Shown piece after piece: positions 40,201 through 53,100 of a DNA stretch of 64,000 nucleotides. The DNA comes from Balanoglossus misakiensis (lineage: Eukaryota; Animalia; Hemichordata): the NCBI GenBank assembly GCA_040954595.2, contig CM082597.2, positions 3,086,265 through 3,150,264 on the forward strand, in the 5' to 3' direction. The notes below the pieces were generated by a model. The model was not told the origin of the DNA and did no database searches. It was given only the letters and a program-made list of their open reading frames with translations. The translations under genes were made by a program, and so were the position numbers. The number at the start of each line of letters is the position of its first letter. Position 1 is the first letter of the stretch.

Positions 40201-42656
40201 TGTCTATTGTTTTATGCACTGTGACACATCCCACCTCTCATGATAGGAGTACACGCAGTTCTTATGATAGGCATCAATCCTTACGATCTGCAGGTGAATG
40301 GCGGCTGGGTTTTTTCGTTTTCGTAATACAGCGGACGACATTCTGTAGAATCCTATAATCCGGTCTTATCATGTGTAATCGTATCGGAGATGTAGCGAAG
40401 TGCAGATGTGATCTTTTAAGAAGGAACACAGCAAATGGATAAATTACTAATTCCATGAACAGGCTAAGATTAAGAAATAAGAATTGCTTTGTCAGGCCGT
40501 ATTAACGCTCTAGGGGCGTAAGAAGTTTTACTGCATTAGTTTTGCACTATCGCTGTTTTCAGGCAACTAAGAAGGTAATCTCTTAATGGGGGTGTTTATT
40601 GAGTCAGTTCTGTCAGTTGTAAGTGCTTTACATTTTAGCTTTGTAATATTCGCCAGGATAAACCCCGGGGAACTTGAAAGTTAGTGACAGAAGATAGCAT
40701 CGACAGTTATGTATCTTGTACATATAACGGTCGGCATAACTGTAATCAGTAATACGTTGCGCGTTTTCGCAAAGCGGCGCAACGGCGGCGTTCCGAATTA
40801 CAAACAATCGTCATGTGGTCATTAAATTATTTGTCACAGAATTGTAGTTTGGTTGTAGAATCTCAGGTGTCTCGGTTTATCGACTGCACGACATTTTGTG
40901 ATCTCTCTTGGCGCGCTGTCAAGAGGACTCGGACTCACTGTGAGAGGTTCTCTGTGACGAGTGTTTGGCCGCTCTTTCAAAAATACCCGTTTTGTAAATT
41001 TACACATCAGATGAGGGAGAAAAAAGACCGCTTGGCAAACCGACAGACTGTTGTATGTACAGGTCGGACAACAGAAACAGTGCAACATGTAGCGTTGCAT
41101 AATGTCGGCTGTCTTATAATTGCAATGCATATATGGTGGCAAAGCAAATATTGCACATTCCCGTTTCAAGACCGCAGTAGCCAGACACAGTAGTGTCTGC
41201 AACGGACAAAATACAGAAATATGAAAACTGTTTTAAAAATACGAACAACGTGGATGGGGTTATCGGTGAAGTAATCATTTGCACTGTGCAAGACAGTGAC
41301 GAGTCGCTCGAACATCAGCCAAACGGACAATCATGAATTGTACCAAAAGAAACACTAACTATAGTTTTCCAAACACTTGGTCTGAGACTATTAAATTCCT
41401 TAAACCTATCAAGAATTCTTTACCCCGAGGCCATGCACGTGAGGGCGAAAACTGACATCACAGTAATCCCTTCCTTATGACGCATCGGATACCGTCTCTT
41501 CCATTCAAAATAGCATGTCCAGATTTTAATTACTCTACATTAAATTACCTGGAGAGGGATTATTTAGGGTTGCTTTGAAATGCACGTTCTGAGTATAATA
41601 AGACTGTGTTGAGTTCACACAGCTGTGAAGGACGGCTGGACACTCGTCGTCGTGGGAACAGGAAGGTGACATCTTCAGGCTGAATGTGTTAAATGCACAA
41701 TCATAATTGAAACAGCTACACATCATGGAGCAAGCACGTTTTATGGTCGTGAAATCTTGTCGACAAAAAAGTTGTACCGAGTGTCGAAAACTGGTCAAAA
41801 CGGGTTGAAGGACCCCAATCCTGGGTGAAACGCCTCAGTCGGAATAATACGCACATCGCAATTTGGCCGCCAACAAGAGACAAAGCGAGGAATTTCCAAA
41901 TGCGTACGTGACTAGAAATAAATAGAGTCGGGCGTCACTACTTGTGGGGTTGGTCGACAAAAACGCATGAGATTGTGCGCATGACGTGATAAACATACCT
42001 CCTGTTTTTCTATGACAACAGGATTGTCCTGTTTTAGTTGACCCCCCCCCCGCAAAAAAGTTACCAAACCGCGAGATTTTCCACCTGAACATTAGCAACC
42101 ATGCAACGACAACCCGTTATATCTGGCTACGCACGATGCTACGGGCCAACAGGTTTGGTGTAAGGCCTTTTCATCGCGGATTGTCTGAATCTCCACCAAC
42201 GAGGACGTCCCCGCTCTGTGTCAGCTGAATACCGCTCTTCCCAATAATACAAAAATAACTAGAGTCAGGTTGCAAGACGTGACATTGAACCATCGACCCT
42301 TGGGAGAATGCGTTTATATTATGGTTGAACAAATTGCCGTAGACAAAGAAATGGCGTCTTACTTGCTCATGGAGTTGTTCATCAGCACCATGCGGACGGC
42401 CTTCATGAAACGCTTCCGTGCCTAGGAAATAATTCAAGAAAAAATAATGCATTATTTCTTACTTTGCGTTTGGTCCCCTATTCTTCCATATGCTTGGAAG
42501 TTCAGTGTATGTCTGTCTGTCTGTCTGTCTATCTGTTCACTCTGCTACCAAAACATGGGAATGGCGATATAATATACTCTCCGTGATAAATATGATACGC
42601 GTTTGTAGGATAGCCTCGACTGATATCTTGAATATACTTACCTCTCTTGGACCCAT
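34270..42656 (-). CDS. CNBD2: Cyclic nucleotide-binding domain-containing protein, CNBD2/CNBD1-like, ~608 aa
   Basis: Exons in transcript order: 42656-42642, 42421-42363, 38317-38188, 37905-37831, 37564-37476, 37301-37228, 37059-36887, 36598-36531, 36325-36248, 36043-35983, 35871-35745, 35556-35021, 34865-34800, 34663-34601, 34482-34270. Total 1827 nt, open frame, all GT-AG. It reads MGPREARKRFMKAVRMVL...; CNB domain 1 RVIIRQGHNAEMFYIMISG...GACFGELALIHHSKRTATV; CNB domain 2 GTVICKDSNCSEWIYIVKSG...GQVFGL; C-terminus LVSKGAECLLLNKKFF...PYP...LQERL...W..YK. The symbol is a family-level call. Confidence 0.88.
35099..35341 (-). repeat. Coding tandem repeat (~66-nt unit, ~3.5 copies) inside the CNBD gene
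   Basis: TEYLRKEHTMMALRGGLRRPPDTKSI / TEYIRRENTMLSEGGRQRRPSD / TEHFRRENTIFSEGGRLRRPSD / TEYLRKENTSLSD. Confidence 0.9.
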
Positions 42657-42679
42657 GATTGCTTCGGTACATTAGATTT

Positions 42680-42693
42680 GTAACCTTGGTAAC
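42680..42693 (-). promoter_or_regulatory. RFX X-box-like site 24 nt upstream of the CNBD start codon
   Basis: GTTACCAAGGTTAC on the minus strand (GTAACCTTGGTAAC on plus) compared with consensus GTTRCCATGGYAAC. Confidence 0.6.
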
Positions 42694-45600
42694 CGTTAGT
42701 CTTCGGTTGTTCTTGAAAAGCCCCTTGTTCTGGAAGCTCTAGTGTGTAAAATATACAGGCAGAATTGTTCACCATAGCATTTACACAATAAATATCAATA
42801 CAATAAAAATTCTTACAAGCGCGTGGACTATACGTTAGAGCTGATATGAAACAATGGTGAGAAAATGGATATTATAAATATGTGTTATATAATCTAAGTC
42901 AATTTAACGATCATAACGACTTAGGCTGTTTGAAGTATGTTTCAGATTTCATGAGGCAGTCATATTCAAAATATCATATTTTTTTGGAAATGTGTACACA
43001 CGTATTGGATAACGGTTCCGTTTTTCTGGCCAACAAGTATATTGATAGACATTCCAAAATTATATTGACTGGTAACAATATTACTATTGCCACTGTTGCC
43101 ACTATCCGCACCTTCATATAGACATATTGCTTAGGCGAAGTCGGTCCTGCGGTTCGCCACAGACGGGGTCGATTACCGTGTCCTACTGCGGGGGAAATTG
43201 AAACCAACGCACAATTCTAACGTTCTATAGTCCAGTGCAGTGGTCGACCCATTTACTCGGTTAAAGTTGAAAGCCTGCGTAATCGAGTGTGTATATTTTG
43301 GGTCTGTGTGTTGACGGATTAGTCTAGCGACGTCGTCTCGAATGGCAACCAACGAAATATTACCCGGGGATTGCAAAATCATCAGTAAGAGCAGTCAAGT
43401 CGGTCGAGAGTACCCCGACACCGCATCTACCTGCACGGATCTATTAATAACAAGCTAATTTTTGTTTTGTTTGTTTTGTTTTACATGCTTGTTTTGGGAA
43501 TGAGATGATGTTTGTATGAACGCGCGTGTGATGTCCTTGGCCGAGTATATGTTGGTCTCTTTCACCGATTCATATACCCCACCGCACTTTTGACAACAAC
43601 CTGTTAAAACCATTCCCTGTGAAAGAACCGTACGTGTTCTTTTAACGCCAAACAAACCGCGACCAGCCCTGTCAGATTATTCTTGAATTGTCCCCACCCG
43701 GTGATGAAAGACACTCGCGGTGTTCTGGCGACCTCAGCTTTCATTCGCCGTTCATCCGGTCCGAAAGCGCCGTCCCGGTGACACGCTCGTTAAAACCCGA
43801 GCCAGGGAGTCGTCAACCGACCGTGACGACACGAAGTCAAACAGGAGGAAAAGGCGCAGATCTGTAACCCGATCTCCGCCGAAGCACAGACTTCAATTCC
43901 GCGACAATTGGCTGCGAGTACGAGCTCTTTAACTGAACTTGAACCTACTTGGTTTATTGACGTTTTTAAATGTCAGGGGGTGATCTGAACAAGTCGAATT
44001 TGGCTCTCGCAAACCGCAAAACCCCCAATGTAGGCCCTGTCACTTGTAACCTGAGATTCTCACGACTGCCGTAAGCGTTTGCCGCATACACCTGCCTCGA
44101 TGCCTTCAGTACTTCCTCAACAGATATTGTGGGCGGAAAACAGGTCTTGATTGTTATAAAATGACCATTTTAATTGATGTCGCTAAACAGATATATTTTG
44201 CCGATGGCAGTGTACTGTTTTAGAAGTTATACATCATTTACAATCACCGTTGGCCGAAAAGCTAGGTCAGTACACAGTTCTTTTCAAGACTCGGTACAAG
44301 ACTTACATAACGTCTCCAAGAGTGTATAGTCCATCGGAAACCTTATTCTGTTTCCTCTATAGCGTTAAAAGACAAAAAACGTATAACAAGAGACAAAACT
44401 TACCTTTTGCCAAGCAATCTTTATAAACACAGGGTTTCTGTCCGTGCGGGAAAGTAACGGGACGTTAACGGCGGACTGGTGGGACAATTTTATACGGTGG
44501 CTTTAAGCCAACATTGGAACCGACAACAAACGACCAAGGCGACCGATTCGCTTGGTTGCCAATGTGTCTCCCAGATGCAGGCAGAGGACCCGTCCAGTTG
44601 ACAAGCCGTCCGATCTCGTACCCGGGGAGACCGCCGATAATCCGAAACACGAAGACGAGTGGGTGAGCGCCTAAGCGCACTGATACCGCGGAGATATGAT
44701 TGTGCCGGAGCTGATACGTCAAGGAGATTCCGGCGCTGGTCAGATACCGTTATGAGGTGCACACCGCTTTTGTGTAGTCTTTTAAATAGCGATGGACAAA
44801 CCGGGGCAGTGCAAACAGAGGCGGCGGAGATTGGTCGCTCGGTAGTGGAATAATTCACTGCCGCTGCAAACAATGGGAAGACAAGGAGTTAGCAGAAAAG
44901 CGTTGTAATTGCTCGCTGTCACGTGACTCCACCACCGCTTCGGGCGTATTTGCCGATTGCATGGCAATTACTCAATGCGCAAACCTATCTATGCCAAGTC
45001 GCCTTCGGCTATTCGCGACAGAGAAAAAATCATGGATTCTACTTGTAAAATATCTGGTCCTTGAAGAAGGAACCGGGAAGGGTGGGGGGGGGGTTATTTA
45101 TACGGAGAGAGGAGAGTTTTCGTACTCGGCGCTTCTATAAGTTACTATAACGTCAACAGGAGTACTTATGTTGATAAGAGCGTCTTGGTTTAATTTTGTA
45201 AAAAAATGTACGTCGACACTGAAACCGGACGATAGCTGTAACTTTTGACACTATATTTTTTTCCTTTTTATACAGTGTCAACTCATACATGTTAAAATGA
45301 TACATATTCATGCTCAATTAATTAACATATGCTGTATATGTGCATGGTCACGCAGCCGTGATGATATCAACGCAATAATCGTTCACTTCATCACTGGGTG
45401 GCGCTATGAACGAAAAGTGAAAATCGTCGAAAACTGGGCGGTCCTTATTCAGCCAGCTAAAAAGGTCGATCACTGTCTGTGCGCTTGGAACAGGTGCGAA
45501 GTGTCTACTGACCTGGCGCAACGTAGACGCTTGACATCATTTTCGTTGACCCCCAAAAGTTTGTTCGCATCTCGGAGGTATCTCGAGAAATAACGCGAGA

Positions 45601-45847
45601 TGCAATATGACCTGGTGTTCACCCCCTCAAATATCGTATCAAATATTCAAAGCTAATAAATTGTATATAAAAAAAAACATTTCCGTATGCATAGATACAT
45701 AGCTAGAATATTGCAAAGTAAAAAGTAAGAGAAGTTTGTCAAGACACGCACGCAATCATTATCCAGTACATGTATATACAACGATTTCGCCGATTTTTAC
45801 TTTTGATAGTATTGTCACGGAATTGCTAGGTCAACGCCCCCCGGGCC

Positions 45848-46505
45848 CCACACAAGACTAATATCTCAAGAAATGCGACTTTTTCCTGATTCTCAGACTG
45901 AGAAACCCTATAGAAGGAGAAACTGTCAATTGTCCACTGGGGCGGAGCTTGTATCACGTGGGCTGGTGGCGTGTATATATAGTGGCTCCCTTCGACATCC
46001 ACGGCAGACGAGACATGGCGGTTGAACTGTGAGCTTCGTGCTGTCGGTTGTGGTGATCTGAATTCGTACTTTACCTCTATCTTTCTTATATTTTCGTTCA
46101 AACCCTTCTCCACGTTTGTGGAAACACTTTGTCTGTAACCTCTGAGAGGTCTAGTTATCTACGGATCTTAATTCCTTGGTTTTTCTTGGTATTTGTGTGA
46201 GCGCAACGCTCAGGTCGGTCGGTTAGCAGTTTATACTGCATTTTTCCAGCACATCTCTTGACGCACGTTCTGCCGTGCGCAAGGTAAATCGAACCAGGTC
46301 TTGTAACGGACCGGTCTACGCCGTCAAGGCTCGATCGTGCTACGTTTACACTACCGTTGAGTTGGCTGTTTGGTCCAAGGTTCGTCATTCACTAAGGCTT
46401 GACAATTTTGGGACCTCAGTCCGACATAATTTCCGTTACAAATCCGCACGCAAGACTCGTATCTCAAGAAAAAGTCGCATTTCTTGAGATACGAGTCTTG
46501 TGTGG
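45848..46505. mobile_element. Inverted-repeat-bounded element (~660 bp), probable non-autonomous transposon
   Basis: CCACACAAGACTAATATCTCAAGAAATGCGACTTTTTC (45848-45885) is the inverted copy of 46468-46505 (2 mismatches). The right end also forms a perfect 21-bp hairpin, 46451-46471 with 46480-46500. No TSD was recognised. Confidence 0.6.
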
Positions 46506-47175
46506 CATTATAGCGCCACCCAGTGACGGTGAACCGTGGTGCGTTTGTTTAAACATGCGTAGATGATACTGCTAATAAAAGATATCAGAAAACAATACCA
46601 GTATATTTTTGTTATAATCTCATACACAATTTTTTCCGTATACTACCGTTATGTATTATTCGTGATTTTTATTGCCGAGGCTGGATGGTTACTCCATTCA
46701 TAAAACAGTTTTAATCAGGCAGAACTTTGTAAATATTTTTACCGGTCATTTTGTCTAGTTTTATCCCAATTTTCTGTTTTGTTGGTTGTTTTTATCTGTG
46801 TGGTTGATCATTGGCAGTTTAACCATATCCAGATAGTTTTCCTAGTGTAGAGATGCAACGCAAACGCTTGACCCCGGCACCAACAACACATAAGGATACC
46901 GCGCGGCACACAAAGCGCTTCTATAACAAAAGAAACTTGGGACGATTTGTTAACTGACACTCCATTGGTAGGTTCGTTGAAGAGCGTCTGAGAGCAGCGG
47001 TCTGATTGGCCAATTACATAATAGATCGTAAATGTATACAACACTTCTATTCACTTTCAATCACTCTGACTGGACCCATTCAAAACGGCGGACGGTCGAC
47101 CATGAGTGATCAGAGATATTTTTAACCCCGCTACGCCTGTCACCGATCGCGGATGTCCACAACAATTTTGATGTC

Positions 47176-50100
47176 ATGTTTTCGGAGAAGGGTCCGTGGA
47201 TTTATTCTCTGACGGCGTGTTTTGGAATAATTGTTATTTGTCTCGGTAAGTCGGCGTGTTTAACTCTCAACTTGCCAGCCACGCTAAATTTGTGTCACTT
47301 AATAAGTCTGTCGCAGACGACAATCAACTGAACGTGTTTTTGCCTTCGCGAAAGAACACGGTCATAGGAACAGATTTTTAAAATTCAGGGAGTATACAAG
47401 TCCGTCAGCAATGGTGCGTTTGTTGTCGGAATCCGTTGGAAATCCCTGTAAATCCGCGATAACATTTTTTCAGGTCGGCGGCTTTTGGTATTGGTGTCGG
47501 CTAGCATTGTTGTTGGCATCACATTAGTGTTCCGTGTTCGGGTTTATTAAATATCGACCACCGACGCTAAAGTCGCGTCTGTCGTCGATTTTGAATGCGT
47601 CCGTTGTTGGGAAACATAAGTCCTTGGATGTTTATATTCTGTTAATGTATTCGTGGTGAAAAAAAGTCAAACCTTAGAGGTGAGAATAGTACCTCTATAG
47701 ACGCTAGCAAAGCTGTGTTTACATTCATTCTGTGATTTGCATGAACGCGTATCACTAACGCAAATAATTTTACAAGTTTATGTGTACATGATAGAATATT
47801 ATGATTAGACAGTATTGGTTTGCTAGAAACCGTTTCCCTTGTACTTATTTTCTTATATGGGCAATGATCGGGACAGAAACGCGCATAAAAACAAAAGAAG
47901 CCTGGGGGATGTCAATTTCATTTGAAATGTACATGGGTACACACGCGCGCAACGCGCAACTAGATGTATCTAACATAGTGTGGTTTACTATGTTCTGAAA
48001 CTGATCGAAAAGTAAAAAAGTCGGGCAAAATTGTTCTTTTATAACTTAAGCATGTTTACGTGTATTTAACCTCACGAAAAAGTAAGTTTTCAGGCCAGCG
48101 TTTATAAGTTTAAATCAAAACCGGCGTATGGCATTTAACTTTTTGTAGTGAAACAGACGAACTTCTTGAGCATTCGTGTCTCGTGTGTGTAGGTACATAT
48201 GTCCAATAATCAGTACACTGGTTGAAATATTCAACAAGGAGTTAGTCTAGTACATGTATCTAGGCGTATTTTGTCAGCTTTGCTTCCAAAACTAACGAGT
48301 ATAACCAGTCTTTTGTTTGTGACTTTTCACTGGGTGTGTAATCTATATTTGTACCTTGGAGACCCACTGTGATTAAAAAAAGTCATAAAGTCCGGGTTCA
48401 CCTGCTGATCGCGAAATACGTCCCAGGGGAGTGGATTGAACGTGTTCAGAGCTGACTTGTAATAAAAGTGGCCTGAGTCAAATCAACTTGTTTTATCTTT
48501 GGTGAGGGTCGCAAGAAGAGCAGTTAAATTTCCCGTACTGCTGATTGAATGACATGGAAAAGTAGCCCAAAACTGCGCTTGATTTTTCTTTTCTCTCCAG
48601 AAAACCGGAAATTTTCGCGACACGAAATTTTCGTTATTCCACTATTGCGTTCCTGTACGATGTCAGTGTTTCTGTTAAGGGTGGTACGTAGGTAAATGTT
48701 ACGGGGGGGGGGGGTACCTATTCATTTTACCAGGACTCCCCTTGGTAACCCAATATTTATTGGAAGCAGAAATGTTACTCAGGTGCCCAAATCATTTAAC
48801 ACATTCAAATAAATCAAAGAACAGCAGTCATATGGTCTACCAAAAAACAGACTTACTGATCCCCCCCCCCCCCTGATGAAGAAATGGCCAGCCCCTTGAT
48901 CTAAAAGGGGCTTCGCTGCAAAGAAATGAAGCCAACCAATTGAATCAGTATTGACAGCTGTCAGTGAATAATGTGTGAAGATATGTCTAATTACTCAGAT
49001 AAATTTAATTAATTAATGATACCAAAACTGAGAAATAAATGGAAAATTGTTGTAATTTGAGTCTAGCAGCAACAACAATGTAATTTTGGAGTCCAACAAG
49101 AATAAACAATAGAACAAATTTTGGTATGTGTTAACTAGCACCTAATTATGGACACAATATGTAATTTACACTTGTGTATTGTTATGATAATGAGGTCGAA
49201 GGCTTTAAGAAATTGTGATTGGAGATGTCTCAATTCCTCTATTCAGTTACTAGTGTTCGGAAAATGAGAAAAAAACATTGATGAGATCATTTTGAAGCAG
49301 GTTTGAATGAAACCAGCCAGATGTCACACCAAACCCTGATATGCACTTTTTAAAAGTTTAAATTTGTGGTTTGTCCTACAGAACATGAGCTCGCCCGTCA
49401 CCACATGGGGTTGGCTTGTCACAAAATTGAAAACCTTGGTGTTGATTTCTTCAAATTAGACTCCTGGTGCTCAGGAATTTTCCTCGCATGTTTTGTTACT
49501 ACCGTTGTCATTTTAGCGACCCGAAACACTGATAAGAACTCCAATATAATTAGCCAGAGTAAACTGAGATTTTTATGCTGAAGTCAGCATCTGGTACGTT
49601 CGTTTTGATCATTAGAACTGATTAGAGCAGTTCTGTATCAACACACTCTGGGGGTGTCCTGCTTCGAACATGTCTAAAACACATGTGTACACATTTGTAA
49701 AGAGATTTTACACAGTGTCAGTTTTGAAGCAGGATGCCCCCTGTGGTACATGTTGATACAGAGCTATGTAATCAGTCATAATGATCATTGCAAATGTAAC
49801 CATATGCCGACTTCAGCATAAAAATCTCAGTTTACTCTGGCTAATTATATTGGAGTTCTTATCAGTGTTTCGGGTTGCTAAAATGACAACGGTATTAGTA
49901 TTAGGATGGTGGTATTATGTGGTGCATCAAAGAATTTGCATGTAGTTGCAACTGCTGAGATGCCATTATGCCATATGCCCACACAGCAAGTTGTCAGTTT
50001 ATTGGGGGAGGGGGGGGGGGGGGTAATTTCCTCAACCCTGGTGGCTGGTGCAGTAAAAATCTCGGGGGAGGGGGGGGGGGTTGTCTGTTAGCCATATGGG

Positions 50101-53100
50101 AGAATTAATGGCCACCAAACTGGAACATCCCTGGTGATACATACATGTACTTGTAATTCTGGTCAGCGAAACTTATAGTGGGTTGACGAAGCGGCATATA
50201 ACATTCCCAGTTCAGTTTCCTAAAAAAATTGAGACTGAGAGACTGCTTGGGTCAAACCATGGAGGTACTGTCATACTCATACAATGGCCCATCAATCTCT
50301 ATGGGCCACTGTATATTTAGTTTTGTTCGTTGGTTAATAATAAAATGCTTAACAATAATACCACAAGAGCAGGTGCCTGCTGGAATTTGTAACCAAGGCA
50401 ATGGTGGATTGTGGTAATAAGTCTTAATGAACTTATCTGCAGTTTTTCCATACACCAGGATTAAGGTGGCCATGGCCTATTGTTTCTACTCATGCTCAGT
50501 GAGTTGATGGTATCTAATCTGCCTGGGCAATCAAGTCTGGTCTGTTATTAGGAATACTAAATCTGATCTCTCTACACTGGCATTGTGATTTGCATGTCTG
50601 TAGTGTAAACTGGCCAGCAGACACCTCTGAATCTGTTCAAAGTAAAGATAGAAATTATTCACTCACTTCTAAAATTTTTCAAATATCACATTATTCAAAA
50701 AAGCAATTTGTAGCAGGCGAGTTACCTAACCATAATGTAATACCAGTAGTTTATTAGTTTGCAGTGACCATCAAACCATGCAATGCTATTTGACAGTGAG
50801 ATCGCATATTGTGTGATTAATAAATCCCTAAACAGACTAGCCATCTGCTGCACTATTTTGTAATCTGATCAACAAAGAAAACCTATTGAATATTTATCCC
50901 CCTTTTCGTCTCAAAAGTCCAAAGAATGTGTTTGCTTTTTTTCACTACCACATTGCTGAAAGTCATGTCATCATCACGCTTAGAGTGTCTGTTTTGGGGC
51001 AAAATATGCTAACGTCTGGATTTATAAATGATAGAATTTTGTGTTTGGTTACTATGCTGGGTGCTGGGGCCAGCGATAGCCAAGAACACAAGATAATCGT
51101 TTAATCATGGCCATTTTATGACATTGACTAAGTATTTATTTATTCAAAGTCTGGGTTAAAAGCTTCCCGGCAAAATTAACATCACAGGAGTTCTCATATC
51201 ATGCCTCTGAAAATTTAATGGGCAGGTACTTCGTTTTATGGCATGTCGTCCACAGACACACAAAGGCAATTACGAAACTTCATTTCAATTGCAGTTTACA
51301 GTACATAGTTTATTCAGAAGAAACATTTTAATAACAAATGTTGCCCTGTGGAACTTAAATGACACAATTACTTTTAGTGGATTGCTAAATTTGTAAAGTA
51401 TAGATTTATAGAAATTGCAGACATATTTTGTTGAATTGTTGAGCCCTTGACAGCAAAACTAGAATTTTTTTGTCACCCCCCCCCCTTACTCACACATACA
51501 TGTACATCAACACACACAAAGAAATAGATTTAGAAGAATCAGCTCTCAGCTGATGAGTGACTGACTACACACGCACACATATAGAGGTGGTGGTCAAGAG
51601 ACACTCCACACCTTTGAAGAGCCCTTGGGATTGACTGAATTGTTGGTGGGCCACTTGACCTGTTGATTTTATCACTTTTGTTCCCTGGGTTTCTGTGATG
51701 CCATTGTATTAGGTGAGGTGTCTGAACAGCTATGTGTGAATCTGGCAATTGTCAAAGCAGTTTGTGTTGTAGCCTGGTATCCTGGTATCTCAGTATTATA
51801 ATTTTTCCCTTTGTAAGAAAGTTATGAGCGTGCCTTTTAATTAGCCCTATGCCTGACAGATTTTCATCCTTCTGTAAATTTAGACAGTGACCAACCCTGT
51901 TCATTGAACAAATTATTTCTAACAAAGCTTTTCAAGTTCCTGATGAAAAGTGGGAGAAAACAACTTTCTGAGGATTGTTTTCTGAACCATTACACAAACA
52001 AGCTAAGTTAGCGCACAGGTGCTAATTGTAGTCCAATTACCTGCAGGACTACTGTCTATGCTCTTATGCAAATCTAAGCACCCTATTCACAGCTGCTCAG
52101 CACACTACCCATGATGCATTGTGCACACACTAACTTTCTATAAAACAAAGAGAATTCTGACTGTCAGAGTGATTGGCATAGTCTTGTGAATTTTGAATGA
52201 AAGTAAACTGTACACAAGCTCTACCAGTAGTAGCCTTTTTCATGTGTTGCTCTCAAAGCAAATGAAAAAAAAAATGTGACGTTCTGTAGTGAAATCTTGC
52301 TCATGATGTTGGGTCTTTCTCTAGGGTCTATGGTCAACATTATAACTGTTGGAGCCATATATGTAACTGTAATGAATGTAGGAGCAAAGTCATCAAGAAA
52401 CATTTTTATTTTTGCAAGTATGTATAGTAGGAGCTGGCTAACAGTAACTGACCCAATCATACAACATGAATTTTGTGTCACACACACACACATGGGGGTT
52501 AGAACAGCGAAACTTGTTCCAGGCCCAACAAAAGACTTCTGCTGCGGTCACCTCCGCATAATGGCACAGGCTATGTTGTCGTTGAACAAAGACACGCCAG
52601 GTTTGTCTTGGAATACTAGAACTAATGAGTTAACAATGAATGCACGTTAGTGAATACAACAGGTGCTTTCTTCTGGTGGTGGTAGTGACCACCCCCATGG
52701 AGGTTGTCACAAAGGGTTCCCCTGTGTGTGCTGAGTTTGAAGGGCATGTTTTGAATGTGGCCTGTGAGATGGGCAGAATTCTTTACCAGAGGGTCGTAGT
52801 TGGCTGGAGTATATTTGTGGCTGGTTGTTTTGGGCTGTTAGATAATTTCATTCAAAAATTACATGTTATGTTCAAAGGAACTTTTGTGGGTATTACAGAG
52901 GTGGCCTCCTGTTGCTCGAAAATGAACCAGGTTTTTGACTATTAAGGGGAGAACCATTTGATATCAAGGGGGGGGGGGAGTTGGAGGATATGTGTGGGCA
53001 AATATTAGTTGCCAGTTCTGCCTGATAAAGAAGTTAAACTTTGAAATGTATTTGCGATACCTGCAAGATTTTTCAAGAGTTAAAATTAAAAGTCTCACTG

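Noticed and set aside
43720-44873. Arg-rich and other ORFs in the CpG-rich intergenic region
   Set aside because: No recognisable domain or splice pattern; expected in GC-richer promoter-like DNA.
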